This document shows, piece after piece, positions 29,568 through 38,854 of a stretch of 64,000 bases of DNA. The DNA lies in NCBI GenBank assembly GCA_963734495.1, contig CAVTHK010000001.1, forward strand, positions 672,001-736,000. The letters are read 5' to 3'. The notes below the pieces were generated by a model that was not told the DNA's origin, made no database searches, and saw nothing but the letters and a program-made list of their open reading frames with translations. A program made the translations under genes and the position numbers. Origin of the DNA: an uncultured Spirochaetota bacterium (GTDB taxonomy: Bacteria > Spirochaetota > Spirochaetia > SZUA-6 > CAVTHK01). Position 1 is the stretch's first letter. Each line of letters starts with the position of its first letter.

Positions 29568-30354
29568 GGGGGACCTCCGTGCACTCGCGCCTGACGCGTT
29601 CAATGTAGACAGCCTTGCCGTCTTCTGCAATATCCACGAGCACGCCCTGGAGCTCGAGCTTGCGCCACGAGGGCTTGGAGTTCTCGGGAACCTGCGTGAG
29701 GAACTTGCGGATCTCGATCTCCGGCTCGAAGCCGCCCACCGAGTCGAAGCTCCCCGTCCGCCCGACGTCCGTGATCACGGCGGTGCCGTCGAGCAGGCGC
29801 TCGTCGGCGGTCTGGATCCGCTGGTGCGTTCCGATGACCGCGCTCACCTGGCCCTTGAGGTAATAGAAGAGGGCCGCCTTTTCCGCCGTCGTCGTCGCGT
29901 GGTAGTCGACGATGATCCTGCGCGTGTCGCGCCTGACCCGCTCGAGCAGGCCCGGCAGCACGTGGAAGGGATTCGCCAGGTGGACGCGCCCGAACCCCGC
30001 CTGGCCGAGCACGCTGATCACCGCGACCTTCTGGGCGTCGGGGCCTGCCAGCAGCCAGCCCCTGCCGGGATTGTCCCATGGGTAGTTGCTGGGCCGCAGC
30101 ATGTAGCGCGCCTTGGAGAGGTGCTCGACGATGTCCTTTTTGTAGTAGGCGCACTCGCCGGTGGTGATGACGTCGACGCCCAGCTTGTGCAGGTAGATCG
30201 CGTGGCTCCGGCCGATGCCGAAGCCGCCGGTGGCCCCTTCGCCGTCGGCGATCACGAGCGCGACGCCGAGCTGCTCCCTGAGCGCGGGCAGCACGCTCTT
30301 GACCACGAACACGCCCGAGGAGCCGACGATCTCGCCGATGAACAGGATCTTCAG
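29530..30354 (-). CDS. ymdB: TIGR00282/YmdB family metallophosphoesterase
   Basis: KILFIGEIVG, DGEGATGGFG, LRPSNY, VDYHA, IGTH, TDVGRTG; start uncertain (CTG 30354 with SD, or GTG 30408). Confidence 0.85.
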   Translation of the reverse strand: MKILFIGEIVGSSGVFVVKSVLPALREQLGVALVIADGEGATGGFGIGRSHAIYLHKLGVDVITTGECAYYKKDIVEHLSKARYMLRPSNYPWDNPGRGWLLAGPDAQKVAVISVLGQAGFGRVHLANPFHVLPGLLERVRRDTRRIIVDYHATTTAEKAALFYYLKGQVSAVIGTHQRIQTADERLLDGTAVITDVGRTGSFDSVGGFEPEIEIRKFLTQVPENSKPSWRKLELQGVLVDIAEDGKAVYIERVRRECTEVPHDRAGDSSASEQ

Positions 30355-30475
30355 GTCGCGGCTCCTCTCCCGGCGCCCCGTGCGGCAGGGCCCGCTGCAC
30401 GCTACCACGAAACGCGGCCGCTGTGCAGGCGCGCAGGTGCGGCCTTTGATACCGGCCTCTCGGCCTCCGGCGCCT

Positions 30476-30505
30476 TTGACAAGCCGCTCGCGGTCGCGTT
30501 ACTAT
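30476..30505 (+). promoter_or_regulatory. Sigma70 promoter of tRNA-Leu
   Basis: TTGACA, 18 bp, TACTAT upstream of the tRNA. Confidence 0.6.
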
Positions 30506-30518
30506 ACGTGTCACATCC

Positions 30519-30604
30519 GCCCGGATGGTGGAATTTGGTAGACACGCTAGATTCAGGGTCTAGTCCGCAATACGCGGGTGGAGGTTCAAGTCCTCTTCCG
30601 GGCA
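30519..30604 (+). tRNA. tRNA-Leu(CAG), class II, CCA not encoded
   Basis: Acceptor stem GCCCGGA/TCCGGGC, D-loop GG, anticodon arm CTAGA-TTCAGGG-TCTAG, long variable arm, T-loop GGTTCAAGTCC. Confidence 0.97.
30551..30604 (+). repeat. attL core (3' part of tRNA-Leu)
   Basis: ATTCAGGGTC...CTTCCGGGCA, identical to 45337-45390. Confidence 0.95.
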
Positions 30605-30628
30605 AGAGTTACTGAAACGGCCCTTTTC

Positions 30629-30651
30629 CAGGGTACCAGCCAGGGTACCAG
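30629..30651 (+). repeat. Tandem CAGGGTACCAG repeats, putative integrase arm-type sites
   Basis: Two copies with 12-bp period; the 20-mer CAGGGTACCAGCCAGGGTAC recurs at 45196-45215. Confidence 0.8.
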
Positions 30652-30708
30652 GACGCCACAGAACACCACTCATCCGGGACCGGCCGCCAGGCCGTGAAGG
30701 GGGACGAG

Positions 30709-31878
30709 ATGGCGAAGAAGGCGTTCTACCTGGTCAAGCGCGGCGATCGAATCACCGAAGGCAAGCCTACCTACTACGCACGCTTCCGCACCGATGACGG
30801 CACGCTGCTCCCGTGGCAGAGCACAGGCGAGACCGTGAAGACCCGCGCAGAGCTGTGGGCGCTCAAGCGCATCAAGAGCGGCGTGGTCGGCGCCGGCGAC
30901 CGACAGACTTTTGGCAGGTTCGCTGAGGGCTGGTGGAAGCCTGAGCACCCGTACGTGCGCGGCCGGCTCGCCCGTGGCCGGCGGCTCGTGCCGACCTACC
31001 TCGTGGTCATGCAGGGCTACCTTAAGAACCACGTCCTTCCCTATTTCAGGGACCGCCGTCTCGGAGCGATTAGCCCGCGCCAGATCGAGGACTGGCTGCT
31101 CAAGCTGCGCGGCGAGGGCAAGCTGTCGGCCGCCAGCATCAATCACGCCCTGCGCTGTCTGAAGATCATGCTCCGTGAAGCCGCACGGGTCGGCCTGATT
31201 GCGCGCGACCCCTCTGCCTTCATCGGCGGATTCGCCCAAGAGGCCCCCGAGCGCGGCATCCTCACGGGACCCGAGTTGGTAGCGCTGTTCGCTGACCGAA
31301 CCATCCAGAAGGTTTGGGACGGCGACCGACTGCACTACACGTTGAACATGGTCGCAGCTTCCACCGGGCTGCGCATGGGCGAGCTGCAGGCGCTTTCCGT
31401 CGGCGCGGTCCGCCCGGGCCACCTATCGGTAACTCGCGCCTGGGAACGCCGCGGCGGCCTGCGCGAAGGGACCAAGACCGGCCGCGGGCGAATCGTGCCT
31501 GTGCCTTCGAAGGTCTCGGCCGCCCTGAACGAGCTGATCGCTGCCTCGCCCTTCCGGGAGCCTGACGACTTGGTCTTCCACAATGGCGAGGACCGGAAGA
31601 CGCCCGTCGATCAACATGACATCCTGCGCGTGTTCTATCGCGCCCTCGAGCGCATCGGCATCGAGCCGGAGCAGCGCGGAGCCCGCCGCTTGGTGTTCCA
31701 CAGCTACCGGCACGGCCTCAATACGCTTCTGCGGGCCGCCAAGGTATCGGACGCGCTCGTGCAGCGCGTGACGGGCCACCGCACCGACGCGATGACGGAG
31801 CACTACTCGCACTTCGCACTTGCTGACTTCGCCGACGTGGCGAAGGTGCAGGAGCGATTGTTCGAGGACGCACGATGA
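30709..31878 (+). CDS. int: Tyrosine recombinase/integrase
   Basis: TGLRMGEL (R), GTKT (K), FHSYRH (HxxR), TGHRT (H), EHYSH (Y); intact ORF. Confidence 0.95.
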   Translation: MAKKAFYLVKRGDRITEGKPTYYARFRTDDGTLLPWQSTGETVKTRAELWALKRIKSGVVGAGDRQTFGRFAEGWWKPEHPYVRGRLARGRRLVPTYLVVMQGYLKNHVLPYFRDRRLGAISPRQIEDWLLKLRGEGKLSAASINHALRCLKIMLREAARVGLIARDPSAFIGGFAQEAPERGILTGPELVALFADRTIQKVWDGDRLHYTLNMVAASTGLRMGELQALSVGAVRPGHLSVTRAWERRGGLREGTKTGRGRIVPVPSKVSAALNELIAASPFREPDDLVFHNGEDRKTPVDQHDILRVFYRALERIGIEPEQRGARRLVFHSYRHGLNTLLRAAKVSDALVQRVTGHRTDAMTEHYSHFALADFADVAKVQERLFEDAR

Positions 31879-32479
31879 GCAAGCCCAAAGAGCGGCCAGC
31901 CCCGCGACCGCCCGCGCCGATCACAGACAGGGCCTTCAGCCGCATCGCTGATGTCGGCAAAGTCAGACTGAGTAGCGAGCAGAAGGCGCTGATTCGCGAC
32001 CTATTGGGTCGGCTAAGCTTTGACGAGACCACAGCCCCGCCCACTCACGCTGCCATGAGGGCCAGCATGCGGCGGGCTGCGCGTGCATGTGCCGGGTGCG
32101 CCGACGTCCTGGCCGAGCTACTGCCCACGGGAGCGCGCTACGGCCTGCCCGTTGAGTTGGAAACGCTGATGCGCGACGTGCGCGATGTCGGCGAGATACT
32201 GGGGCGCGCGCTGCAGGGCTCCGCGACCATGCCGGGAACAAGGGCAACGCCGTTGCGCGAGGCGCCTTTCACCTGGGATTGTGGACAGTGTTCCGGGAGG
32301 CCGGCGGTCGCGGGCCGCGCGGCGGGTCGGGACGACCGTATTGGGCCGCGTCCAGGGCTCGCAGCGGGTTCAGCGGGTCGTTTCTCGAATTCGTCGAGGC
32401 AGTGCTCAAGGCGGGCGGGTTCGCGGTGCAATCGCGCGATGCTCTCGCTCAAGAAATACTCAAGGCCCTAAGAGGATGA
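31875..32479 (+). CDS. Hypothetical protein (probable indel near 32265)
   Basis: ATGA overlap with int; a more protein-like C-terminus (LWTVFREAGG...FLEFVEAVLK...LRG*) is in the shifted frame ending 32479. Confidence 0.55.
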
Positions 32480-32573
32480 CAATCGCTCGCGAGGTGCGGG
32501 CCGATTTCTATCCGTCCCGAAGTGTCGAAATCGTGGTTCCCTGTTGTTGCCCAAGAGGCAAGGAGAGGGAACT

Positions 32574-32843
32574 GTGTCGACAAAGGCGATTCAGGACAGC
32601 GCGATAGAGCTCCCGGAAGACCCGGCGGTATCACTGTCGGTCCGGCAGGCCGCAGCACTGCTCGGCCTACGCGAACCGACAATCCGCAAGCTCACCTGTT
32701 TGCGGTCGCTCCCGTTCTACAAGCTTGGCGGCCGGGTCGTGTTTGACCGCGAGGAGCTTCTGGCATGGCGGGCCGCCCGCCGTATCCCGACGCTCGATGA
32801 AGGCACCCCCGGTGTTGCGCGTGGCCGCAGGGGCGCTTCATGA
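32574..32843 (+). CDS. Excisionase-like helix-turn-helix protein
   Basis: LSVRQAAALLGLREPTIRKL...LPFYKLGGRVVFDREELLAW; AGGAG SD upstream of GTG. Confidence 0.88.
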   Translation: MSTKAIQDSAIELPEDPAVSLSVRQAAALLGLREPTIRKLTCLRSLPFYKLGGRVVFDREELLAWRAARRIPTLDEGTPGVARGRRGAS

Positions 32844-34389
32844 GCGGCCCCGTCCTGGAGTACGAGCAGCGGCTACTCGGTGCGGCCCTGTTCAATCCTG
32901 ACCTACTGGACTGCGGGGATATCGAGCCGCGGCTGTTCGGCGACAGGCGCAACGCCTTGATCGCCGAGACGATGCTGAGCCGAAGACGCGAGGGGAAGCC
33001 GGTCGACTTGCTCACGGTCACCGAGACGCTTAGGGGCGCGGGCCGGCTCGACGGTGCGGGCGGAGCGGCCTACGTGACCGAGCTGACCAACAACGGCGGA
33101 GTGGCGGCCCCGAACGCGAGCTACTACATCAAGGAGCTGCACGAGGCCGCGGCCCGCCGCGGGTTGGAGAAGCTGGGATCGGCGCTCACCCTGGGCTCGA
33201 GAGACGGGCGCACCGTCGAGGACCTGCTCGCCGACGCGCGCGAGTGTCTGGTGGCCGTGGCGGAGAACCTGGCCGGCGCCCGGGCGAGCGACGGGCTCAC
33301 CGTGACACGCGCGGCGGACGTGGAGCGCAAGGAACTGCGCTGGCTCTGGCAGGACCGGATACCGCTCGGCAGCTTCTCGAACTCCTCGCCGGCGACCCCG
33401 GGCTCGGCAAGAGCACTCTGACGCTCGACCTTGCCGCGCGCGTGTCGCGGGCGGCGACGTTCCCGGACGGCTCGTTGGCGCCCGCAGGCGACGTGCTCCT
33501 GCTCTCGGCCGAGGATGATCCGGGCGATACCATCCGGCCGCGACTGGAGGCCGCCGGCGCCGACCTGGGCCGAGTCTCCATCGTCATGGGGATGCGCCGC
33601 GGCGGCCGTGAAGGCTCGTTCTCACTCGTCGAGGACCTGGGCCGCCTGGAAGACGTGCTCGCCACGATGAATGCCCCGGCGCTCATCGTGATCGACCCGA
33701 TAGCCGCCTACTTGGACGGCACGGACTCGCACAAGAACGCCGACGTTCGGTGTGTGCTCGCCCCACTGGCGGCTCTCGCGGCAAAGCATGGTGTCACGGT
33801 GCTCGCGATCCACCACCTGAACAAGGGGCAGGGGCCGGCGCTCTACCGACTGTCCGGCTCTCTCGCCTTCATGGCCGCCGCTCGTGCGGTCTGGGGAGTC
33901 TGTCGCGACCCCGAGGGCGGCGAGGCCCGGCTCTTCGTACCCCCTCAAGATGAACCTTCGCTAGGGAGGCCGCAGGCTTCCGCTTCGAGGTGGCGGACGG
34001 GCCGCGCATCAAGTGGGGCGATGCGGTGTCCGCGCAGGACGCCGACCAGCTCCTGTCGAGCGAGGAGCCGGAGGAGGCGATCCCAACGTCAGGAAGCGAG
34101 CGAGTGGCTCCGGGACAGGCTGGCCGCCGGACCTGTGGCCGCACAGGAGGTAGCGCGGGCCGCACGGGCGGCCGGGATCGCAAAGCGCACGCTGGACCGC
34201 GCAAAGACAGGGCTGGGGATCATGTCGGTCAAAGACGACTTCTCCGGTCCTTGGCGTTGGGCGCTGCCCGAGCATCAGCCGCCGAAGACTGCCACCACGG
34301 CTCAAGAATGCCAAGAATCACACCGTGGCAATGTCGGCAATGTTGGGGGCTCTTGGCAACCTTCGACAAGCGCGAGGGTGCCGGTATGA
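32840..34389 (+). CDS. Replication protein: DnaB N-terminal-like domain + AAA_25/RecA-fold helicase + C-terminal winged helix (three indels)
   Basis: EQRLLGAAL...PVDLLTV...AGGAAYVTEL; RWLWQDRIP; Walker A GDPGLGKS; LSAEDD; IVIDP; IHHLNK; breaks near 33378, 33945 and 34083. Confidence 0.8.
34285..34363. repeat. Direct and inverted short iterons (putative element origin)
   Basis: AAGACTGCCA 34285 and AAGAATGCCA 34304 face TGGCAATGTC 34326, GGCAATGTT 34336 and TGGCAACCTT 34354. Confidence 0.55.
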
Positions 34390-34898
34390 CCGCCGTCGAG
34401 GGCCTGCGGAGCCGCCTGGAGGCGGCTGGTTGCCGGCTGGAACTGGCCGGCGAAGGGCTCGACATCGCAGGGGACACGGGGCGCCTCGCCCCGGAGCTGG
34501 TCGCCGAGGCCCGCCGGATCAAGCCCGCTCTGATTGTCGAGCTGCTCCGCGAGAACGTCCGGGTGCTCGCTGCCTTTATCGACGGGGACACGCGACTTGC
34601 CGAGCGACAGGCACGACTACCGGAGTACCTGGAGACGGTGGACCGGCTAACCGCAGCTGAGCAACGGCTCTTCGCTTGGTGGCGCGAGGCGGGCTTCCGC
34701 ACCTTCTGGAGCGGACTTGTCGAGGAGCTGATCCTTGTGGGCGAAGGCCTGCCACCGGCCGGTAGCGAAGCTTACACGGTCTACACCTGGCCCGAGGTCG
34801 CAGCGCTCAAGGACAGGAGTCCGGAGGACGTCGCACAGGCGCACCGGGTCAGGAAGGTCTTCCGCGGCACCGTACGCACGGCCGGGCGCGCTGGCTGA
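34386..34898 (+). CDS. Hypothetical protein with TubC-N-like N-terminus (phage replication-module type)
   Basis: ATGA overlap; LRSRLEAAGCRLELAGEGL...LAPELVAEARRIKPALI pattern. Confidence 0.65.
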   Translation: MTAVEGLRSRLEAAGCRLELAGEGLDIAGDTGRLAPELVAEARRIKPALIVELLRENVRVLAAFIDGDTRLAERQARLPEYLETVDRLTAAEQRLFAWWREAGFRTFWSGLVEELILVGEGLPPAGSEAYTVYTWPEVAALKDRSPEDVAQAHRVRKVFRGTVRTAGRAG

Positions 34899-35053
34899 GC
34901 GCATGACACAACCGGCGCCTACCAAGGTTGAGTGATTGCTGCCGCGAGCCGGACAGGGCTCTTGGCAGTCTGCTATGACGGGCATGAGGCCGCGACAACG
35001 CTCCGAGCACCGGGAATCCTGAGTCCTGGCACGGCGTAGCGCAGGGAGGACAA

Positions 35054-35521
35054 ATGAGTGAACATCGGCAGGTATCAGTCAAGCATCCGGACGGCAGCTA
35101 CATACCCATCGACGAAGACATCGCACTCCTGATCGAGTCTCTATGGTCGCTCGGCATGGCGACGACCCTCTCGTGCCAGGAGGACAGATCAGGCCTGCTC
35201 TGCGTTGTGTTCCGCAGCAGCCGCGACGTGGAGCGCTTCCTAACCATCGTAATGAGAGCCGCCGCGGGAAATGCGGAGAGGGAGCGCGTGCAAGGACGGT
35301 GGGTCTACTGCGAGGGCGATTGCCCGGAAGGCTGGTGGGTTCTCAAGCTTCTTGTTAGGGATGAGTCGGCCGTCTACGTCGGCAACACGGCGGTGGCGTT
35401 CGCAGGACCCGCGAAGGCCAGCGTCGACGTCGGTGTTTGGTTTCCTGTGTACGACTACGAATGGGTTCTCGAGGCAATGCTGGACGAGATCGAACGCCGC
35501 CGGACGCGCAGGAGGGCGTAG
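35054..35521 (+). CDS. Hypothetical protein with TYW3/Taw3-like N-terminal motif
   Basis: GGAGGA SD; IDEDIALLIESLWSLGMATTLSCQ. Confidence 0.6.
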   Translation: MSEHRQVSVKHPDGSYIPIDEDIALLIESLWSLGMATTLSCQEDRSGLLCVVFRSSRDVERFLTIVMRAAAGNAERERVQGRWVYCEGDCPEGWWVLKLLVRDESAVYVGNTAVAFAGPAKASVDVGVWFPVYDYEWVLEAMLDEIERRRTRRRA

Positions 35522-35840
35522 GGACATTTCTCTCCCACGCTCGACCGCCCGCGCGAGAATCGCTCCTGCGCCGCCTTGGGTTCGCTAGCGAGTCGCACGC
35601 ACGTCCGGCTGTGCACGACGTTTGCCGGTGCGTGGAGCCACGTGCTTGTCCCCAATCATGACCTCTGCTACGCTGGAGTGGTGATATGTTCCCCACGGGA
35701 CTGCTGTAGCAAAGAGGCGCATATTTGGGCTGTTGTGAGTGAGCAGTCCGGTCAGACGGTCGCTTCGACAACTGACTTACGGAGAACGCCGGCGGAAGCG
35801 TCTTGGAGAACTCTGCGTACAAGCCCGACTGTGACGTGAA

Positions 35841-37337
35841 ATGCCCCTGACTCTTCAAGACCTCAAATCCCACCTCTGGAACTGCGCCGAGATCCTGCGC
35901 GGCAGCGCCGTCGATCGCACGGACTGGAAGGCCTACATCCTGCCGCTGCTCTTCTTCAAGCGGATCTGCGACGTCTGGGACGAGGAGACGGCCGAGGCCG
36001 CCGAGCTCTTCGGCGACGTCGACCCCGTCGACTTCCCCGAGGTCCACCGCTTCAACGTCCCCGAGGGCTGCCACTGGCGGGACGTCCGCGAGACCCCGGC
36101 CAACATCGGCGCCGCGCTCTCGCACGCCATGCGCGAGATCGAGCGAGCCAACCCCGACACTCTCTACCGCGTCTTCGGCGCCGCCGACTGGGGCAACCGC
36201 GAGATGCTCACCGACGAGATCCTCAAGGACCTCATCGAAGGGCTCTCGGAGGTCTCGCTCGGCAACACGGCCGTCAGCTCCGACATCCTCGGCGACGCCT
36301 ACGAGTACCTGATCGGCAAGTTCGCCGACATCACCAAGCGCAAGAAGGCCGGCGAGTTCTACACCCCGCGCAGCGTCGTGCGGATGATGGTCGACATCCT
36401 CGACCCGAAGGAGGGCGAGAGCATCTACGACCCGGCCTGCGGCACGGGCGGCATGCTGCTCGGGGCGATCGAGCACGTGCAGCGCGCCGGCGGCGATCCG
36501 CGCACTTTCTTCGGCAAGATCTACGGCCAGGAGAAGAACCTCACGACCTCGTCCATCGCCCGCATGAACCTCGTGCTCCACGGCATCGAGGACTTCCAGA
36601 TCGTGCGCGAGGACACGCTCCGCAGCCCGGCCTTCACGGACTCGAGCACCGGCGGTCTCGCCACCTTCGACTGCGTGATCGCCAATCCGCCCTTCTCGCT
36701 CAAGGAATGGGGCCGCGAGATCTGGGAGGCCGACCCGTGGGGCCGTGCCGCCTTCGGCCTCCCGCCGGAGAGCTACGGCGACTACGCCTGGGTCCAGCAC
36801 ATGGTCGCTCGATGGCCGCGGGCACCGGCCGCATGGCGGTGGTGCTCCCGCAGGGGGCGCTCTTCCGCAAGGGCGCGGAAGGCAGAATCCGCAGGCGCTC
36901 CTGGAGCAGGACCTCATCGAGGCCGTCATCGGCCTCGCCCCGAACATCTTCTACGGCACCGGTCTCGCGCCGGCCGTCGTGATCCTCCGCCGCACGAAGC
37001 CCGCCGACGCGGAAGGAGAAGGTCTGATCATCGACGCCTCGAGCCTCTTCCGCAAGGGCCGCGCCCAGAACTTCCTCGACCCCGAGCACGCCGAGCAGAT
37101 CGTCGCCTGGGTGCGCGCCTTCGAGGATGTGGAGGACCGCGCCAAGGTCGTCAGCCTCGACGAGATCAAGGCCGAGGACTGGACGCTCAACATCTCCCGC
37201 TACGTGCTGCCGCCCATCGGCGAGGAGATCCCGCCGCTGCCGGAGGCCGTCGCCGCCTTCAAGCAGGCGCTCGCCGAGGCCCGGCGGCCGAGGACCACCT
37301 GCGCGAGGTCCTGACCGAGGGAGGCTGGCTCGCATGA
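35841..37337 (+). CDS. hsdM: Type I R-M methyltransferase subunit M1 (NPPF, predicted m6A); indels in the 3' third
   Basis: LWNCAEILRG, GEFYTPR, YDPACGTGG, ANPPF; VVLPQGALFR and IEAVIGL lie in shifted frames. Confidence 0.9.
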   Translation: MPLTLQDLKSHLWNCAEILRGSAVDRTDWKAYILPLLFFKRICDVWDEETAEAAELFGDVDPVDFPEVHRFNVPEGCHWRDVRETPANIGAALSHAMREIERANPDTLYRVFGAADWGNREMLTDEILKDLIEGLSEVSLGNTAVSSDILGDAYEYLIGKFADITKRKKAGEFYTPRSVVRMMVDILDPKEGESIYDPACGTGGMLLGAIEHVQRAGGDPRTFFGKIYGQEKNLTTSSIARMNLVLHGIEDFQIVREDTLRSPAFTDSSTGGLATFDCVIANPPFSLKEWGREIWEADPWGRAAFGLPPESYGDYAWVQHMVARWPRAPAAWRWCSRRGRSSARARKAESAGAPGAGPHRGRHRPRPEHLLRHRSRAGRRDPPPHEARRRGRRRSDHRRLEPLPQGPRPELPRPRARRADRRLGARLRGCGGPRQGRQPRRDQGRGLDAQHLPLRAAAHRRGDPAAAGGRRRLQAGARRGPAAEDHLREVLTEGGWLA

Positions 37338-38854
37338 GCAAGGCCCCCGAACACCTGAGCCAGCAGGAACTCGAGTCCTACCTCTGGGGCGCGGCCAAGC
37401 TGCTGCGGGGCCTGATCGACGCCGGCGACTACAAGCAGTACGTCTTCCCGCTGCTCTTCTTCAAGCGGCTCTCCGACGTGTGGGACGAGGAGTACCAGAG
37501 CCGCCCTCGACGAGACCGGCGACGCGGCCTACGCCCGCGCGACGGCCGACGACCGCTTCGCGATCCCCGACGGCGCGCACTGGTCCGACGTGCGCAGCGC
37601 CTCCCGCGACGTCGGCCGGGCGCTGCTGAACGCCTTCCGCGCCATCGAGGCGGCCAACCCGGAGCGCCTGTCCGGCGTCTTCGGCAACGCCTCCTGGACC
37701 GACAAGGCGCAGCTGCCCGACGAGACGCTCAAGAACCTGATCGAGCACTTCTCGCAGCACACGCTGAGCCTGGCCGCCGTCCCCGAGGACGAGCTCGGCA
37801 ACGGCTACGAGTACCTGATCAAGCAGTTCGCCGACGACAGCGGCCACACGGCGCAGGAGTTCTACACCAACCGCACGCTCGTCCACCTGATGACGCAGAT
37901 GCTCGAGCCGCAGGCCGGGCGAGCGCATCTACGACCCCACCGTCGGCACCGGCGGCATGCTCATCTCGGCGCTGGCCGAGGTGAAGCGCCGGGGCGGCGA
38001 CACGCGCACGCTCGGCCTCTACGGCCAGGAGCTGATCCACATCACGGCCGCCATCGCCCGGATGAACCTCGTGCTGCACGGCGTCGAGGACTTCGAGATC
38101 GTCGCCGGCAACACGCTGAGCAACCCGGCCTTCATCGAGCGCGACCGCCTGCGGACCTTCGACGTGGTCCTCGCCAATCCGCCGTACTCGATCAAGAAGT
38201 GGAACCGCGAGGCGTGGCAGAGCGATCCCTGGGGCCGCAACTTCCTCGGCACGCCGCCCCAGGGCCGCGCCGACTACGCCTTCTTCCAGCACATCCTGAA
38301 GAGCCTGGACCCGAAGACCGGCCGCTGCGCGATCCTCTTCCCGCACGGCGTGCTCTTCCGCAACGAAGAGGCGGAGATGCGGCGCAAGCTCGTCGAGTCG
38401 GACCTGCTCGAGTGCGTCCTCGGCCTGGGGCCGAACCTCTTCTACAACTCGCCGATGGAAGCCTGCGTCGTGATCTGCCGGACGCAGAAGCCCGCCGACC
38501 GCCAAGGGAAGATCCTCTTCATCGACGCCGTGCACGAGGTGGCGCGGGAGCGGGCGCAGAGCTTCCTGAAGCCGGAGCACCAGGAGCGGATCCTGGCGGC
38601 CTATCAGGCGTTCGCCGACGAGCCCGGCTTCGCCACGGTCGCGACGATCGCGGAGGTGCTCGCAGAAGGACGGCAACCTGTCGATCCCGCGCTACGTCAG
38701 GCCGATCGGGAATGGGGCAGGCAACGGTGGCGACCAGGACCTGAAGACGGCGTGGGCCGCATTCGACGCCAGCGGGCGGGAGTTCTGGCAGCAGATGGAC
38801 GCGCTGGTGGACATGCTCGACGGCGTCGTCGCCGAGGAGGCGCACGATGCCTGA
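37334..38854 (+). CDS. hsdM: Type I R-M methyltransferase subunit M2 (NPPY, predicted m4C); indels near 37500, 37920 and 38665
   Basis: LWGAAKLLRG, AQEFYTNR, YDPTVGTGG, ANPPY, FPHGVLFR. Confidence 0.9.

Noticed and set aside
35026-35041. Sigma54 promoter CTGGCACGGCGTAGC upstream of 35054
   Set aside because: The GG-to-GC spacing is 9 nt rather than the required 10, and the site is too close to the SD.
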